A stretch of DNA of 41,629 nt from Candidatus Hermodarchaeota archaeon. GTDB taxonomy: Archaea > Asgardarchaeota > Lokiarchaeia > Sigyniarchaeales > SOKP01. The stretch covers positions 1-41,629 of the forward strand of contig JBHLLO010000024.1 in NCBI GenBank assembly GCA_048885535.1, read 5' to 3'. Each line of letters begins with the position of its first letter. Position 1 is the stretch's first letter. The notes under the pieces are model-generated. The model was not told where the DNA came from. It worked only from the letters and a program-made list of their open reading frames with translations, and did not search any database. The position numbers and the translations under genes were made by a program. Shown in pieces: positions 26,245 through 36,041 of this stretch.

Positions 26245-27657
26245 TTATTCAATTTCTACCTTATATATTATTTCATCTAAAGGTTTCCTTTCGGGCATAG
26301 GAATTTTTTTAGTGGGGTAACCAACAGCAAAGAATGCAAGAGGGTGATATGAATTTGGTAAATTTAAAATTTTCCTTACGATATGACCAGTAAATAAAGG
26401 TGCACAATACCAACAAGCAGCTAAATTATTTGATTCAAGACAAAGTAAGAAATAAATTGCCGAGGCGCTTACGCTCTGAATCCCCATAATGAATTCATTT
26501 TGATTACGTTCTTCATCAGAATATTTTTCTAAATTACTTCTGTCAAGACATAATAAAATCAAATAGGGAGCTTCTAAGAAATTATCTTTGGTTTTTTCAA
26601 TCTTTTTAGCTATATATGATTCAGTTTTCCCATCGTTTATTAAATCTGATTCAAGTTTCTTATTCATTTCGTTAATCAAATTTTCTCGAAGTTTTCCTCT
26701 TTCTAGAATAACATAACGCCAATATTGTCCATTATGAGCACTTGGTGCCCACCGGGCTGTATTAATGCAGTCCTCAATAATCTTTCTATCAACTAGTCTA
26801 GAACTAAATTTTAACTTATAACTTCTTCTCGACTTTAAAATATTAGTGAAATAATTGTCAAAATATTCTACTCTGAATAAATCAAAACTTTTATCTCTTA
26901 ATATCTCTGAGATAGATGTTTTATCAACTAATTCAAACTTGTAACCCCTAATTATTACAACAGGTAAACCTTCATCAGCTTCTCCCATAATTAATTGTGC
27001 TGCTGAGGCTAAACTATCAACTTGGCCTATAATTGTACTCTGCAGTTCATACCCAAATAAATCATAAGTCCCTCGTTTATCAAGAATAGGGGTGATTCCT
27101 GAAATGCCTATAGCTACTCCAACAGCACCCACCCTAAATGGACGACCAAAAGAGTCAGAAATGATTATTGCAACATCCTTTCCAGTCAAATATTTAAGAG
27201 CTTTGCGAATTTTATTAGCTTCTTCATCTGGATCTTCAGGTAATAAAGTTAAACTTGTTTCACCTTCAACATTAGATTTATCAATTCCAGCATTCGCACA
27301 AATGAAACCATGTTTTGTTTCAGCTATCAAGACATGTTCAGTCCTTAAGAATTCCTTTGATTCATCTAATATCGCTTGAATAAGTTCAGGTTCTTTAGTT
27401 GGGATATGAAATTTCTTTTCTTTTGGAAGAATTATCTCATAAATCTCAAGTGCTTTCTTACTTGGTTTTATTTTTTTTAAATCTCTGACTCTACCAATAC
27501 TTTTTGATATAATTGATTGCGCTATAACAAGGATATCTTCATTCTGTAAGGAAATGTTGTTGGCGATTAACTTTTCCACAATTATTTTAGCAATATCATC
27601 CCCTTCTTTTATAAGAGGGATATCCTTTAAGCCTATTAATTCAATTTTATTACTCAT
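26245..27657 (-). CDS. cofE: Coenzyme F420-0:gamma-glutamyl ligase fused to C-terminal nitroreductase domain (FbiB-type)
   Basis: CofE motifs IPLIKEGDD, ANAGIDKSN, SDSFGRPFR, GEADEGLP, DLFR; then nitroreductase motifs SRRS, WAPSAHNGQYW, AVGYP. Start set at ATG 27657, which overlaps the lipS1 stop. Confidence 0.93.
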   Translation of the reverse strand: MSNKIELIGLKDIPLIKEGDDIAKIIVEKLIANNISLQNEDILVIAQSIISKSIGRVRDLKKIKPSKKALEIYEIILPKEKKFHIPTKEPELIQAILDESKEFLRTEHVLIAETKHGFICANAGIDKSNVEGETSLTLLPEDPDEEANKIRKALKYLTGKDVAIIISDSFGRPFRVGAVGVAIGISGITPILDKRGTYDLFGYELQSTIIGQVDSLASAAQLIMGEADEGLPVVIIRGYKFELVDKTSISEILRDKSFDLFRVEYFDNYFTNILKSRRSYKLKFSSRLVDRKIIEDCINTARWAPSAHNGQYWRYVILERGKLRENLINEMNKKLESDLINDGKTESYIAKKIEKTKDNFLEAPYLILLCLDRSNLEKYSDEERNQNEFIMGIQSVSASAIYFLLCLESNNLAACWYCAPLFTGHIVRKILNLPNSYHPLAFFAVGYPTKKIPMPERKPLDEIIYKVEIE

Positions 27658-28720
27658 AATTAGAAATAAACTCATTATATTTTTTCAAATCAGATTTTTC
27701 ACTTTTCGCATATATTTCAAACTCTTCAGGAATAGCACAGCATGCAGAAAAGAATTTATACCTAATATCTGGAGATCTTTGTTTTAACCATCTCAAAGTC
27801 TGAACTGAAGGAATTTCGATTCGATTCACTCCAGCTAAAATTGCATACTTTTCTATTCGAAATTTGTCCTTTCCTCTTGGTCTCATACAACCAAGTGAAA
27901 TTTCTGTATTAGGAAATACAAATCTGATTATAGTAATTATCTTAGCAATATCAATCGGGTTTGGATTTAAAAATTTTCCTTCTAAATTCTTAGGAGGAAT
28001 TAATGCAATTAACACAATTAATGATGGATTTAATCCCGATTCTTTAATAAACTGTATTGCTTCTAATTCTTTATGCAATCTTCCATAGAATAATCCAACA
28101 CAAATATGAGGGACAATATTTAAATTACTATTCTTTAAATATTCGACTGATTTTTTATAATCTTCGGGATTTTTGTTTAAATGGTATATATCTCTAATAA
28201 CTTCCTTATCCATGTTTATATCAAATGAAATGATATCTACATTTGATTCTGCTAACTTCTTAGCAGTTATTTCGCTTAATAATCCTGTATGAGTATTTAT
28301 TATCAAATTTGTTTTATCTTTAATTAACTTAATTGTATCTAGAAACTCTAATAATGGGACCGAACCATCTGGCTCACATCCTCCGGAAATTAAAACTCCA
28401 ATACCACCACTTTTGGAAAAATTAAATAAAAATTTTTCAAGGTCTTCTTTACTAAGTATTCCTTTCATTCCACTCAAATACTTTTTATTACAGTGCTCAC
28501 ATTGTAAAGCACATTCAGACCCAGTGATACTGATTGCAGGAAATTTTTTATTAGGGATGTATACTTTTATATCGAATCCAAAATTCTTTATTTTCAATTT
28601 ATAGGCTGCTTCGAGAAAGGAATCAAAATCTTCTGGTTTTAATCGGATAATATTTGAGTAGTCTAACCAAGAACATTTTCCATATATCAATTTTTCTAGT
28701 AATTGTTTCTGATTATTCAT
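27650..28720 (-). CDS. lipS1: Radical SAM lipoyl synthase subunit LipS1
   Basis: CALQCEHC (CX3CX2C), ISGGC, LGCMRP and SACC, matching the GC(M/A)R and CC motifs described for Thermococcus LipS1; next to a lipoate ligase. Start set at ATG 28720. Confidence 0.85.
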   Translation of the reverse strand: MNNQKQLLEKLIYGKCSWLDYSNIIRLKPEDFDSFLEAAYKLKIKNFGFDIKVYIPNKKFPAISITGSECALQCEHCNKKYLSGMKGILSKEDLEKFLFNFSKSGGIGVLISGGCEPDGSVPLLEFLDTIKLIKDKTNLIINTHTGLLSEITAKKLAESNVDIISFDINMDKEVIRDIYHLNKNPEDYKKSVEYLKNSNLNIVPHICVGLFYGRLHKELEAIQFIKESGLNPSLIVLIALIPPKNLEGKFLNPNPIDIAKIITIIRFVFPNTEISLGCMRPRGKDKFRIEKYAILAGVNRIEIPSVQTLRWLKQRSPDIRYKFFSACCAIPEEFEIYAKSEKSDLKKYNEFISNYE

Positions 28721-29492
28721 ACTTATTAGTCCATTTTTCATTTGAATATTTATCAATCACCAAACTGTTTGCTATTTCCTTTTCAAATTTATAAAAATCA
28801 ATTTCTTCCAATTTGATATTTAAAGTTGTCTCAAAACCTCTTTTTAGTGAATGTAAAAAATCATTTTCATTATAGTTAGTAAGTTCCTCCCTAATACCTA
28901 TGCACTTGGAATAAACAGATTTAACCATTTTTGACTTTGATACATTGTGTGGTGCTTTTAATACAGAATACATTAGTTCAGGATCAATTTCTAATAATAT
29001 TGTACCATGCTGAAGTAAATAACCTTTCTTTCTAATTTGAGCATTTCCAGAAAATTTTTTGCCATTTAAAAATATTGCTGGACAATGGATAATACCTTTT
29101 TCTGGTTTTAAACCATAATTAGCTAAACCTTCTATAATACAATTTTCAATTAATTCAAACTGCTCAATTACTTTTTTAGCATTAAACTTTTCTAGAAATT
29201 TAAGAGAACACACGATTGAATAAGTTATTTCCCCATTTTCATCGTGAAATACAGCTCCTCCCCCAGAAATTCTTCTTACTACACTAAAACCTTTTATTTT
29301 CGCCATCTTTAAATTTACCTCTCCTGAAAGACTTTGATTTCTACCTATTGATATTGTTGACGGTTTCCATTTATAGAATCTAATCGTAAAAGGAGATTTT
29401 CGATTTATAACTGATCTTAAAATAGCCTCATCTAGAGCCATGTTACAATAACCATTGTTTACTTTTAGCGGTATAAATCGCCACTCTTTCAT
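28713..29492 (-). CDS. Lipoate/octanoate-protein ligase catalytic domain (LplA/LipM family)
   Basis: NMALDEA, SIGRNQ, VRRISGGGAVFHD, KKFSGNAQ, LQHGT. Confidence 0.92.
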   Translation of the reverse strand: MKEWRFIPLKVNNGYCNMALDEAILRSVINRKSPFTIRFYKWKPSTISIGRNQSLSGEVNLKMAKIKGFSVVRRISGGGAVFHDENGEITYSIVCSLKFLEKFNAKKVIEQFELIENCIIEGLANYGLKPEKGIIHCPAIFLNGKKFSGNAQIRKKGYLLQHGTILLEIDPELMYSVLKAPHNVSKSKMVKSVYSKCIGIREELTNYNENDFLHSLKRGFETTLNIKLEEIDFYKFEKEIANSLVIDKYSNEKWTNKYE

Positions 29493-29508
29493 GATATTTC
29501 ACACATTA

Positions 29509-30507
29509 TTATAAAAATTTTAAAAGAGAGTAATAAATTTCATTTTGTTCTTCTGCTGTCAATTTCCTAGGAAAATTGTACACTGGTCCAGAGGGTTTAG
29601 AAGTATAGTAAGGACGATTACAACCAGGACATCCAGATGTCATGAAAGCATCAGAAGTTTCAATAATATTTCTTAATTCATGTTGATTCAGATTAAATTT
29701 TATTATATTCCCTTTCATACTATATGTAAAATCATTAAAATTTTTAATCTCATTAAGTATTAAATACCTTCCAAGTTGAATTTTCCTGAATTCAATAAGA
29801 TCTGGTCTTAAATTATTTTGAAGTTTTGTTCCCTTTATTGGCATAAATGCGAATAAGCTCACATTAATTTTCATGTCATGCAGATTCTGAATTAGTTCTA
29901 GAATTTCTCTCTGGGTTTCCCCTAAACCAACTATCAGATGGGTGGTAACAGAACCTTCTGAAAAAATTTCTAAAGCATTTTTTAAGCTTTTTAAATGTAA
30001 ATTCCAATTATAAGGACCATTTACCTCCTTTCCTTTCACCCTTTCAAAAATCTCTTCAGTCGAACCATCTAAAGCAATTCCAATTCTATCAACACCAATT
30101 AATTTCAATTCTCTCAATTTACTCTTTATCAATGGAGGAACTGCTATAGAAATGGGTATATTCGAGTTTTTCCTGATTTGAGTTATAATCTCGATTAAAT
30201 CGTTATAATTTTGAGAATAGTTTAACGTCTGTATACAAATTCTTTTAAACTTCTTAGCTGATGGCATGTAATTTAACTTTGTTAAAAAATCTTTAACTTC
30301 GAAGACTGGCCAAGTAATTCGAGATAAAAAATCCCTGGATCCTTCAGAATCTTTAGCTTGAGGGCAAAAGCCACAGTTTGCAATGCACTGCCCTTCTATA
30401 TATGTCATACAATAGCATGTTGTTGGAATTTCTTTAAAATTTTTATTCTGAATTAATCCTAATACTACAGCACTTCCGATTGAAACTCTAATCTTTTCAA
30501 TAACCAT
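29509..30507 (-). CDS. lipS2: Radical SAM lipoyl synthase subunit LipS2
   Basis: CIANCGFC (CX3CX2C), LSRITWP, HLIVGLGE, and TSGCPGCNRP matching the LipS2 TXGCPXC(N/D)RP motif. Confidence 0.87.
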   Translation of the reverse strand: MVIEKIRVSIGSAVVLGLIQNKNFKEIPTTCYCMTYIEGQCIANCGFCPQAKDSEGSRDFLSRITWPVFEVKDFLTKLNYMPSAKKFKRICIQTLNYSQNYNDLIEIITQIRKNSNIPISIAVPPLIKSKLRELKLIGVDRIGIALDGSTEEIFERVKGKEVNGPYNWNLHLKSLKNALEIFSEGSVTTHLIVGLGETQREILELIQNLHDMKINVSLFAFMPIKGTKLQNNLRPDLIEFRKIQLGRYLILNEIKNFNDFTYSMKGNIIKFNLNQHELRNIIETSDAFMTSGCPGCNRPYYTSKPSGPVYNFPRKLTAEEQNEIYYSLLKFL

Positions 30508-30642
30508 AATTCTTTCTTATAATTTTTATTTTATCACCTTTTTCACAATAAATTTAATATCCTTTTCAAAAAAAATTTAATGAATAAATTATTCAAAATA
30601 GTATTCAGTTGAGTAATTTTAAAATAATTGGGTCTTTCTCTT

Positions 30643-33429
30643 ATGGTTAAATACGATCCTCATAAAATTGAGAAAAAATGGCAACAGAAATGGGAAAAAA
30701 GTAAAATATTTGAAGTTAGGGAAAAACTAAAAAATAATCAATCCAAATATTACGTCCTTGAAATGTATCCTTATCCTTCCTCAGATTTACATATGGGTCA
30801 TTTGCGAAACTATTCTATTGGAGATGCTTTTGCACGATATAAAAGAATGCGTGGTTTCAATGTATTATATCCTATGGGCTATGATTCTTTTGGTTTACCT
30901 GCTGAAAATGCTGCGATAGATGAAGGTTTTAATCCTAAAGAATGGACTGACTCGAATATTAGAGCTATTCAAGAACAGCAAAAACGTATTGGCCTTTCAT
31001 ATGATTGGACAAGACTGATATATAGCCATGATCCTAACTATTACAAATGGGATCAATGGTTTTTTTTGAAAATGTTTGAACAGGGATTAGCATATAGAGA
31101 AAATTCATATGTAAATTGGTGTCCAAATTGTGCTACAGTACTTGCGAACGAGCAAGTTCAAGCAAATAAATGCTGGAGATGTAATAATGAAGTCGAGCAA
31201 AAATTTTTAACTCAATGGTTTTTAAAGATAAGAGCATATGCTGAAGAACTTCTTGAGGGTCTAAAAATTGTTGATTGGCCAGAAAAAGTAAAAATGATGC
31301 AATATAATTGGATTGGCAGATCAGAAGGGACAATAATAAAATTTAAAATTGAAGGAGAAAATCGTACTATTGATATCTTTACGACAAGAGCAGACACTTT
31401 ATATGGAGTTACTTTTATGGTTTTTGCTCCTGAGCATCCCTGGGTTAGAGAATGGGTAAGAAATTCTCAATATGAAAAACAATTTGAGATTTTTTTTTCA
31501 GATGTAATGAAACAAAACAGATTTGAAAGGACTAATGTAGAAATTGAAAAAAAAGGACTTTTTATCGGAAAATATGCGATCAATCCAATAAATAATGAAA
31601 AAATTCCTATTTACATAGGAAATTTTGTTATTTATGAATATGGTGCTGGGGCTGTAATGGCAGTTCCTGCGCATGATCAACGAGATTTTGAATTTGCCAA
31701 AGAATATAACATCCCAATTAAAGTAGTTATAAAGCCATACAACTATGAATTAAACCCTGAAAAGATGACTAGAGCTTATGTAAATGACGGGATTTCAATT
31801 AATTCAGGGGAGTTTAATGGATTAGAAAATAAAAATACTATTAGATTAATCACTGAAAAATTAGAGGAGATAGGGATGGGATATAGGACTGTTAATTATA
31901 AATTACGAAATTGGCTTATCTCACGTCAGAGATATTGGGGGTGTCCTATTCCAATTATTTATTGTCATGATTGTGGAACTCTTCCCGTACCTTATGAAGA
32001 TTTACCAGTAGAGTTACCAACTGATGTAGAATTTACTGGTAAAGGAAATCCGTTAGAAACTAGTAAAAATTTTGTAATAGTTTCTTGTCCAGAATGCGGA
32101 AAAGATGCCAGACGAGAAACAGATACAATGGACACATTTGTAGATAGCTCATGGTATTTTTTTAGATATTGTGATCCTAAATCTAATAGTTTACCTTATA
32201 GAAAAGAACTAGTAGATTTCTGGGGGAATATTGATCAGTATATAGGTGGGATTGAACATGCAATTATGCACTTACTTTATGCAAGATTTTTTACTAAAGT
32301 TGCTCGAGATTTAAGTTTGCACTCTCACGATGAACCTTTTCAAAGATTATTAACACAAGGCATGATAAATAAAGCCCATCCATACTGTCCAACATGTGAA
32401 ACGATTGCAATGAAATCCGAAATAAATAATAAAAAATGCAGACGTTGTGGTACAAAATATATATTAAAAAGCGTGAAAATGAGTAAAAGCCTTGGGAATA
32501 CAGTAGATCCAATCAATATAATAAATAAATATGGTGCGGATGCCGCAAGATTCTTTATCTTATTTGGTGCAAGTCCAAAATCGGGTTTAGACTGGTCTGA
32601 TGAAGGAGTAGAGTTTGCCTTTAAATTTATTAAGAATCTTTTTACATTAATGTGTAATAATAATAAAAAACTTACTAAGGAAAAAACCATAAAGGATAAT
32701 CTAATCGAATTTTATTTAAACAAGACTATTAAAAACGTTACTGAAAGTTTTGAAAAAATAGCTATAAGAAAGACCCTAAATGAGATTATCGAGTTTACAT
32801 CCGAATTAACTAAATATGAAAATGAAGGGATAAACGAAGAAATTTATTATAATTGTAAGAAAATCCTAATCCAATTATTACATCCAATTATACCTCATGT
32901 AACTGAAGAGATATGGGAGTTTTTGGGAAATAATGAATTTTTAAGCCTTAGTACATGGCCCATGTACAATAGGAAAATTTTAACTATTGAAAATGAATAT
33001 AAATGGAAGCTTTTAGATAATACTATCAAATCCATAAATCATATTTTACAAATTATTAAAGAAAAGGATTTTAAAAACATAATAATAATCATTGCTGCAG
33101 ATTGGAAATACAATTTTATTTCAAAATCATTAGAATTGATTGAAAATATCGATGACTCTAAAATTATAATTAAAGAACTTATGAAAAAAGAGAAATATCA
33201 ACATCATGGAAAATTTATCTCTCAAATAGTAGGAAAAATACAGAAAAATCGTGGCAAATATGTAAAATCCCCTTTATCTGCTGAGGAAGAATATGATTTT
33301 TTTATCAATTTAAAACAGACCCTCGAAACAAAATTCTCATGCAGGGTTTTAGTTACATTTGAATCGGATTCGACTGAACAAAAAGCAATTCAAGCTTTAC
33401 CTGGAAGACCTGCTATTATACTTAAATGA
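30643..33429 (+). CDS. leuS: Leucyl-tRNA synthetase (bacterial-type core, archaeal-type C-terminal domain)
   Basis: MYPYPS..LHMGH, FTTRADT editing domain, [45 protein letters not shown]. Start set at ATG 30643. Confidence 0.97.
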   Translation: MVKYDPHKIEKKWQQKWEKSKIFEVREKLKNNQSKYYVLEMYPYPSSDLHMGHLRNYSIGDAFARYKRMRGFNVLYPMGYDSFGLPAENAAIDEGFNPKEWTDSNIRAIQEQQKRIGLSYDWTRLIYSHDPNYYKWDQWFFLKMFEQGLAYRENSYVNWCPNCATVLANEQVQANKCWRCNNEVEQKFLTQWFLKIRAYAEELLEGLKIVDWPEKVKMMQYNWIGRSEGTIIKFKIEGENRTIDIFTTRADTLYGVTFMVFAPEHPWVREWVRNSQYEKQFEIFFSDVMKQNRFERTNVEIEKKGLFIGKYAINPINNEKIPIYIGNFVIYEYGAGAVMAVPAHDQRDFEFAKEYNIPIKVVIKPYNYELNPEKMTRAYVNDGISINSGEFNGLENKNTIRLITEKLEEIGMGYRTVNYKLRNWLISRQRYWGCPIPIIYCHDCGTLPVPYEDLPVELPTDVEFTGKGNPLETSKNFVIVSCPECGKDARRETDTMDTFVDSSWYFFRYCDPKSNSLPYRKELVDFWGNIDQYIGGIEHAIMHLLYARFFTKVARDLSLHSHDEPFQRLLTQGMINKAHPYCPTCETIAMKSEINNKKCRRCGTKYILKSVKMSKSLGNTVDPINIINKYGADAARFFILFGASPKSGLDWSDEGVEFAFKFIKNLFTLMCNNNKKLTKEKTIKDNLIEFYLNKTIKNVTESFEKIAIRKTLNEIIEFTSELTKYENEGINEEIYYNCKKILIQLLHPIIPHVTEEIWEFLGNNEFLSLSTWPMYNRKILTIENEYKWKLLDNTIKSINHILQIIKEKDFKNIIIIIAADWKYNFISKSLELIENIDDSKIIIKELMKKEKYQHHGKFISQIVGKIQKNRGKYVKSPLSAEEEYDFFINLKQTLETKFSCRVLVTFESDSTEQKAIQALPGRPAIILK

Positions 33430-33593
33430 GAATTAAAAAAAATCTAAAATATAAAAAAAATCTATTAATTGTTTTTTATCACCTAAATAATAACTCAATT
33501 AATTTAAATATTCTAAGTTAAATCATTATTATAAATCATTATTAATTGATATACAAAAAATTTGATTAAATTTTACCGTTAAAAGTAAAAGAC

Positions 33594-34451
33594 ATGACTT
33601 TCTACGAACTTTCAATTATAACTAATACTGGATTTCCATATTTTCACTTAAAAATAAGAGACCCTCCAAAAAATGCGAGATTGTTTCTGAGATTTTACGA
33701 TTTCTCAGAAAATAAGCGCAGTAAAAATCTCGATTTTGACCCTGTAAGTTCTTTTGAACTGAATGCTGGTTTAGTTTCCGCATTATTTGAATTTGCAAGA
33801 AATTTAAATAAAAAAATTGAAATTCTCGAATTCAATTCGGAAGAGATTCAAGAGGATGCAGAAGAAAGAGCAAATTATAAGGGCGATGTATTAATAACAA
33901 CGCAAACAGAACCATATTTATTACATAAATCAGTTTATCAGAAAATAAAATTGATTTATAATTCGATTATATTAGAAAAGATTCCTCTTGATTCAGCTCT
34001 AGAGATTTTACAAAACGAGGAAGATCAAATAATAGACATTTTACTAGATAGAAAAGCTAAAAATCATATTCAAAAAAATGAAGATGAAATTAATAAATTA
34101 GGAAATAATTTTCTCAATGAAATGAAGAATTACGGTCTTAATGGTATATGTATTACCTCATTTGATTTATCTCCTCTAATTGTGTTTGGAAAGGATTATA
34201 CTCTAAATCATATTAACACAATTCTTAGACATATCGGAATTTTACCAGAGATATCACCTATAGAATGGATTTATAGACAGTCCTATATCTCTGAGGAACA
34301 GATTTGGGTTTACATTATTAACTCAGGTATAGGTCCAACGGTTAACGGTTTGTTTGAATCTTATTATTACCTTTTATTTGCTGAACCACAATCCTATTTG
34401 GGAGAATTTCCAGGAAAGTTAGCATTAAAATTTAATCAAATTCTTGGTTAG
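33594..34451 (+). CDS. Hypothetical protein, probable longin-like N-terminal domain plus second profilin-fold (roadblock/longin-like) domain
   Basis: ELSIITNTGFPYF...LNAGLVSALFEFARNL..KIEILEF resembles the longin beta-beta-alpha-beta pattern; second domain has helix then GICITSFDLSPL. Confidence 0.5.
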   Translation: MTFYELSIITNTGFPYFHLKIRDPPKNARLFLRFYDFSENKRSKNLDFDPVSSFELNAGLVSALFEFARNLNKKIEILEFNSEEIQEDAEERANYKGDVLITTQTEPYLLHKSVYQKIKLIYNSIILEKIPLDSALEILQNEEDQIIDILLDRKAKNHIQKNEDEINKLGNNFLNEMKNYGLNGICITSFDLSPLIVFGKDYTLNHINTILRHIGILPEISPIEWIYRQSYISEEQIWVYIINSGIGPTVNGLFESYYYLLFAEPQSYLGEFPGKLALKFNQILG

Positions 34452-34465
34452 CTTTTGATCCATCT

Positions 34466-35248
34466 TTACATAGACATAAATTCTGCTGCTTTTATTATTT
34501 TAAAAAGGGAGTCCGCTTCTAATGATGCTCCTCCAACTAATCCTCCATCAATATTTTTTTTGTTGAATAATGCTTCTGCATTATCTGGTTTAATTGAACC
34601 ACCATATTGAATTCTTACTTTTTGAGCTGTATTTATATCATATGCTTTTTCTAAAATTTCACGAATATAAATATGTATCTCTTCAGCCTGTTCAGGTGTA
34701 GCTGTTTTACCGGTTCCTATTGCCCATATGGGTTCATAGGCTATAACTGTTCTAATTATATCTTCTTTAGTAAGATCTTTAAATGTACTAAAAAATTGGT
34801 TAAGAATGAAATCTTTTGTTTTGCCCATCTCTCTTTCATCGATATGTTCTCCTATGCAAACTATTGGATTTAAACCTATACTTAATGCCTTTCTTAACTT
34901 TTTATTTATTAATTCGTTTGTTTCATGGAAAATATCTCGTCTCTCACTATGACCTATTATAACATATTGACACCCGATCTCTTTTAAAAAATAAGGAGAA
35001 ATTTCCCCTGTAAAAGCACCTTTCTCTTCAAAATACATATTCTGAGCCCCAATTTTTATTATGGTCTCTTTGACGGCATCGATTAAAGTATTTAGTGAGG
35101 TATATGGCGGAAATATAACAATATCGACGTTTTTAATATCTTTAATCAAAGATTTAAACTCCTGAATCATTTCTAATGCTTCTTTAGGTATTCCGCGATT
35201 CATTTTCCAATTTGCTCCAATAATATGTTTTCTAATGCCTAACACCAT
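34466..35248 (-). CDS. tpiA: Triosephosphate isomerase (bacterial/eukaryotic long type)
   Basis: ANWKMN, AQN, GAFTGE, GHSERR, AYEPIWAIGTG, YGGSIK, LVGGASL. Confidence 0.98.
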   Translation of the reverse strand: MVLGIRKHIIGANWKMNRGIPKEALEMIQEFKSLIKDIKNVDIVIFPPYTSLNTLIDAVKETIIKIGAQNMYFEEKGAFTGEISPYFLKEIGCQYVIIGHSERRDIFHETNELINKKLRKALSIGLNPIVCIGEHIDEREMGKTKDFILNQFFSTFKDLTKEDIIRTVIAYEPIWAIGTGKTATPEQAEEIHIYIREILEKAYDINTAQKVRIQYGGSIKPDNAEALFNKKNIDGGLVGGASLEADSLFKIIKAAEFMSM

Positions 35249-35296
35249 TAATTATTTGTAATTGAATTTCAATCAAGAATATGATTAAAGTAAACT

Positions 35297-35329
35297 AAAA
35301 ATAAAAAAACCTTCAACCTTGAAAAAAGG
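35297..35329 (-). terminator. Putative terminator downstream of hdrC
   Basis: Minus strand reads CCTTTTTTCAAGGTTGAAGGTTTTTTTATTTTT: short inverted repeat with several T tracts right after the stop. Confidence 0.35.
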
Positions 35330-35331
35330 CT

Positions 35332-35835
35332 TTAATCGCCTTTCTTAATTTTTTCAGCTAAACCTGCCGTTTCTAGAAGCTTCTTAACTTCATCTACATT
35401 TGGAGCTATAACCTTTGGTAATCCAAGTTGATCTCTTCTTCTTTCTATAGCTGGTTGCATTGGGATAGCTTTTCCATTTTCTAAAATAGTTGATGCTTGT
35501 GTAGTATAGTAATCTGGAGCTTCTCCTCTAATTACACTCATGTTTTTTAAAATTGTAAAAATTTCAGTTAATTCGACTTTTTGCGGACAAACTTCATCGC
35601 AAGTGTCACATACAGTGCATCCCCAGATATTAAATACATTTTCTTTCCCAAAAATCTTTTCTTTCAATCCAAGGAGGGCATCTAAAATTAATCTTCTCGG
35701 ATTATAACGCCCGTTAGTAACTTGTGCTACTGGACAAGCCCCACTACAAGTGGCACACTGATAACAATAAGCAAGCGTGTTTCCGATGTCAGATTGAATA
35801 ATCTGATTTCTAAAATCAAAATCTATAGTTGCCAT
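35332..35835 (-). CDS. hdrC: Heterodisulfide reductase subunit C-like 2x[4Fe-4S] protein
   Basis: CYQCATCSGACP, YNPRRLI, IWGCTVCDTCDEVCPQ, C-terminal RRDQLGLP typical of HdrC. Confidence 0.88.
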   Translation of the reverse strand: MATIDFDFRNQIIQSDIGNTLAYCYQCATCSGACPVAQVTNGRYNPRRLILDALLGLKEKIFGKENVFNIWGCTVCDTCDEVCPQKVELTEIFTILKNMSVIRGEAPDYYTTQASTILENGKAIPMQPAIERRRDQLGLPKVIAPNVDEVKKLLETAGLAEKIKKGD

Positions 35836-35944
35836 TTTTCTTCTTCTTGACTTTCTTAGCCTTATGTATTAATAAAGGTTATTTTATTTTAAAATTAATT
35901 CTTTTATTCTTCAAACCACCTTTAATGAGAATTTTAACGCTATC

Positions 35945-35994
35945 TAATGAATCAAAATTAACCAGTTTTCATTCAAGATCTGGTTGATTCATTA
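35945..35994. repeat. Intergenic inverted repeat / hairpin between thioredoxin and hdrC
   Basis: TAATGAATCAA (35945-35955) and TTGATTCATTA (35984-35994) are a perfect 11-bp inverted repeat; inner AACCAG/CTGGTT can extend the stem. Confidence 0.7.
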
Positions 35995-36041
35995 TACAAA
36001 TTTAAAATAAAAAGGTTGAGTTATTAAATTGAAACTAAAAT

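Noticed and set aside
27650-30507. Biotin synthase (BioB) or F420 FO synthase (CofG/CofH) call for the two radical SAM genes
   Set aside because: They carry LipS1 and LipS2 signature motifs and flank a lipoate ligase.
35945-35994. SECIS element (Lokiarchaeia use eukaryote-like SECIS)
   Set aside because: The ATGA pairs Watson-Crick with TCAT instead of forming the tandem GA quartet, and neither neighbouring gene has an in-frame TGA at a Cys position.
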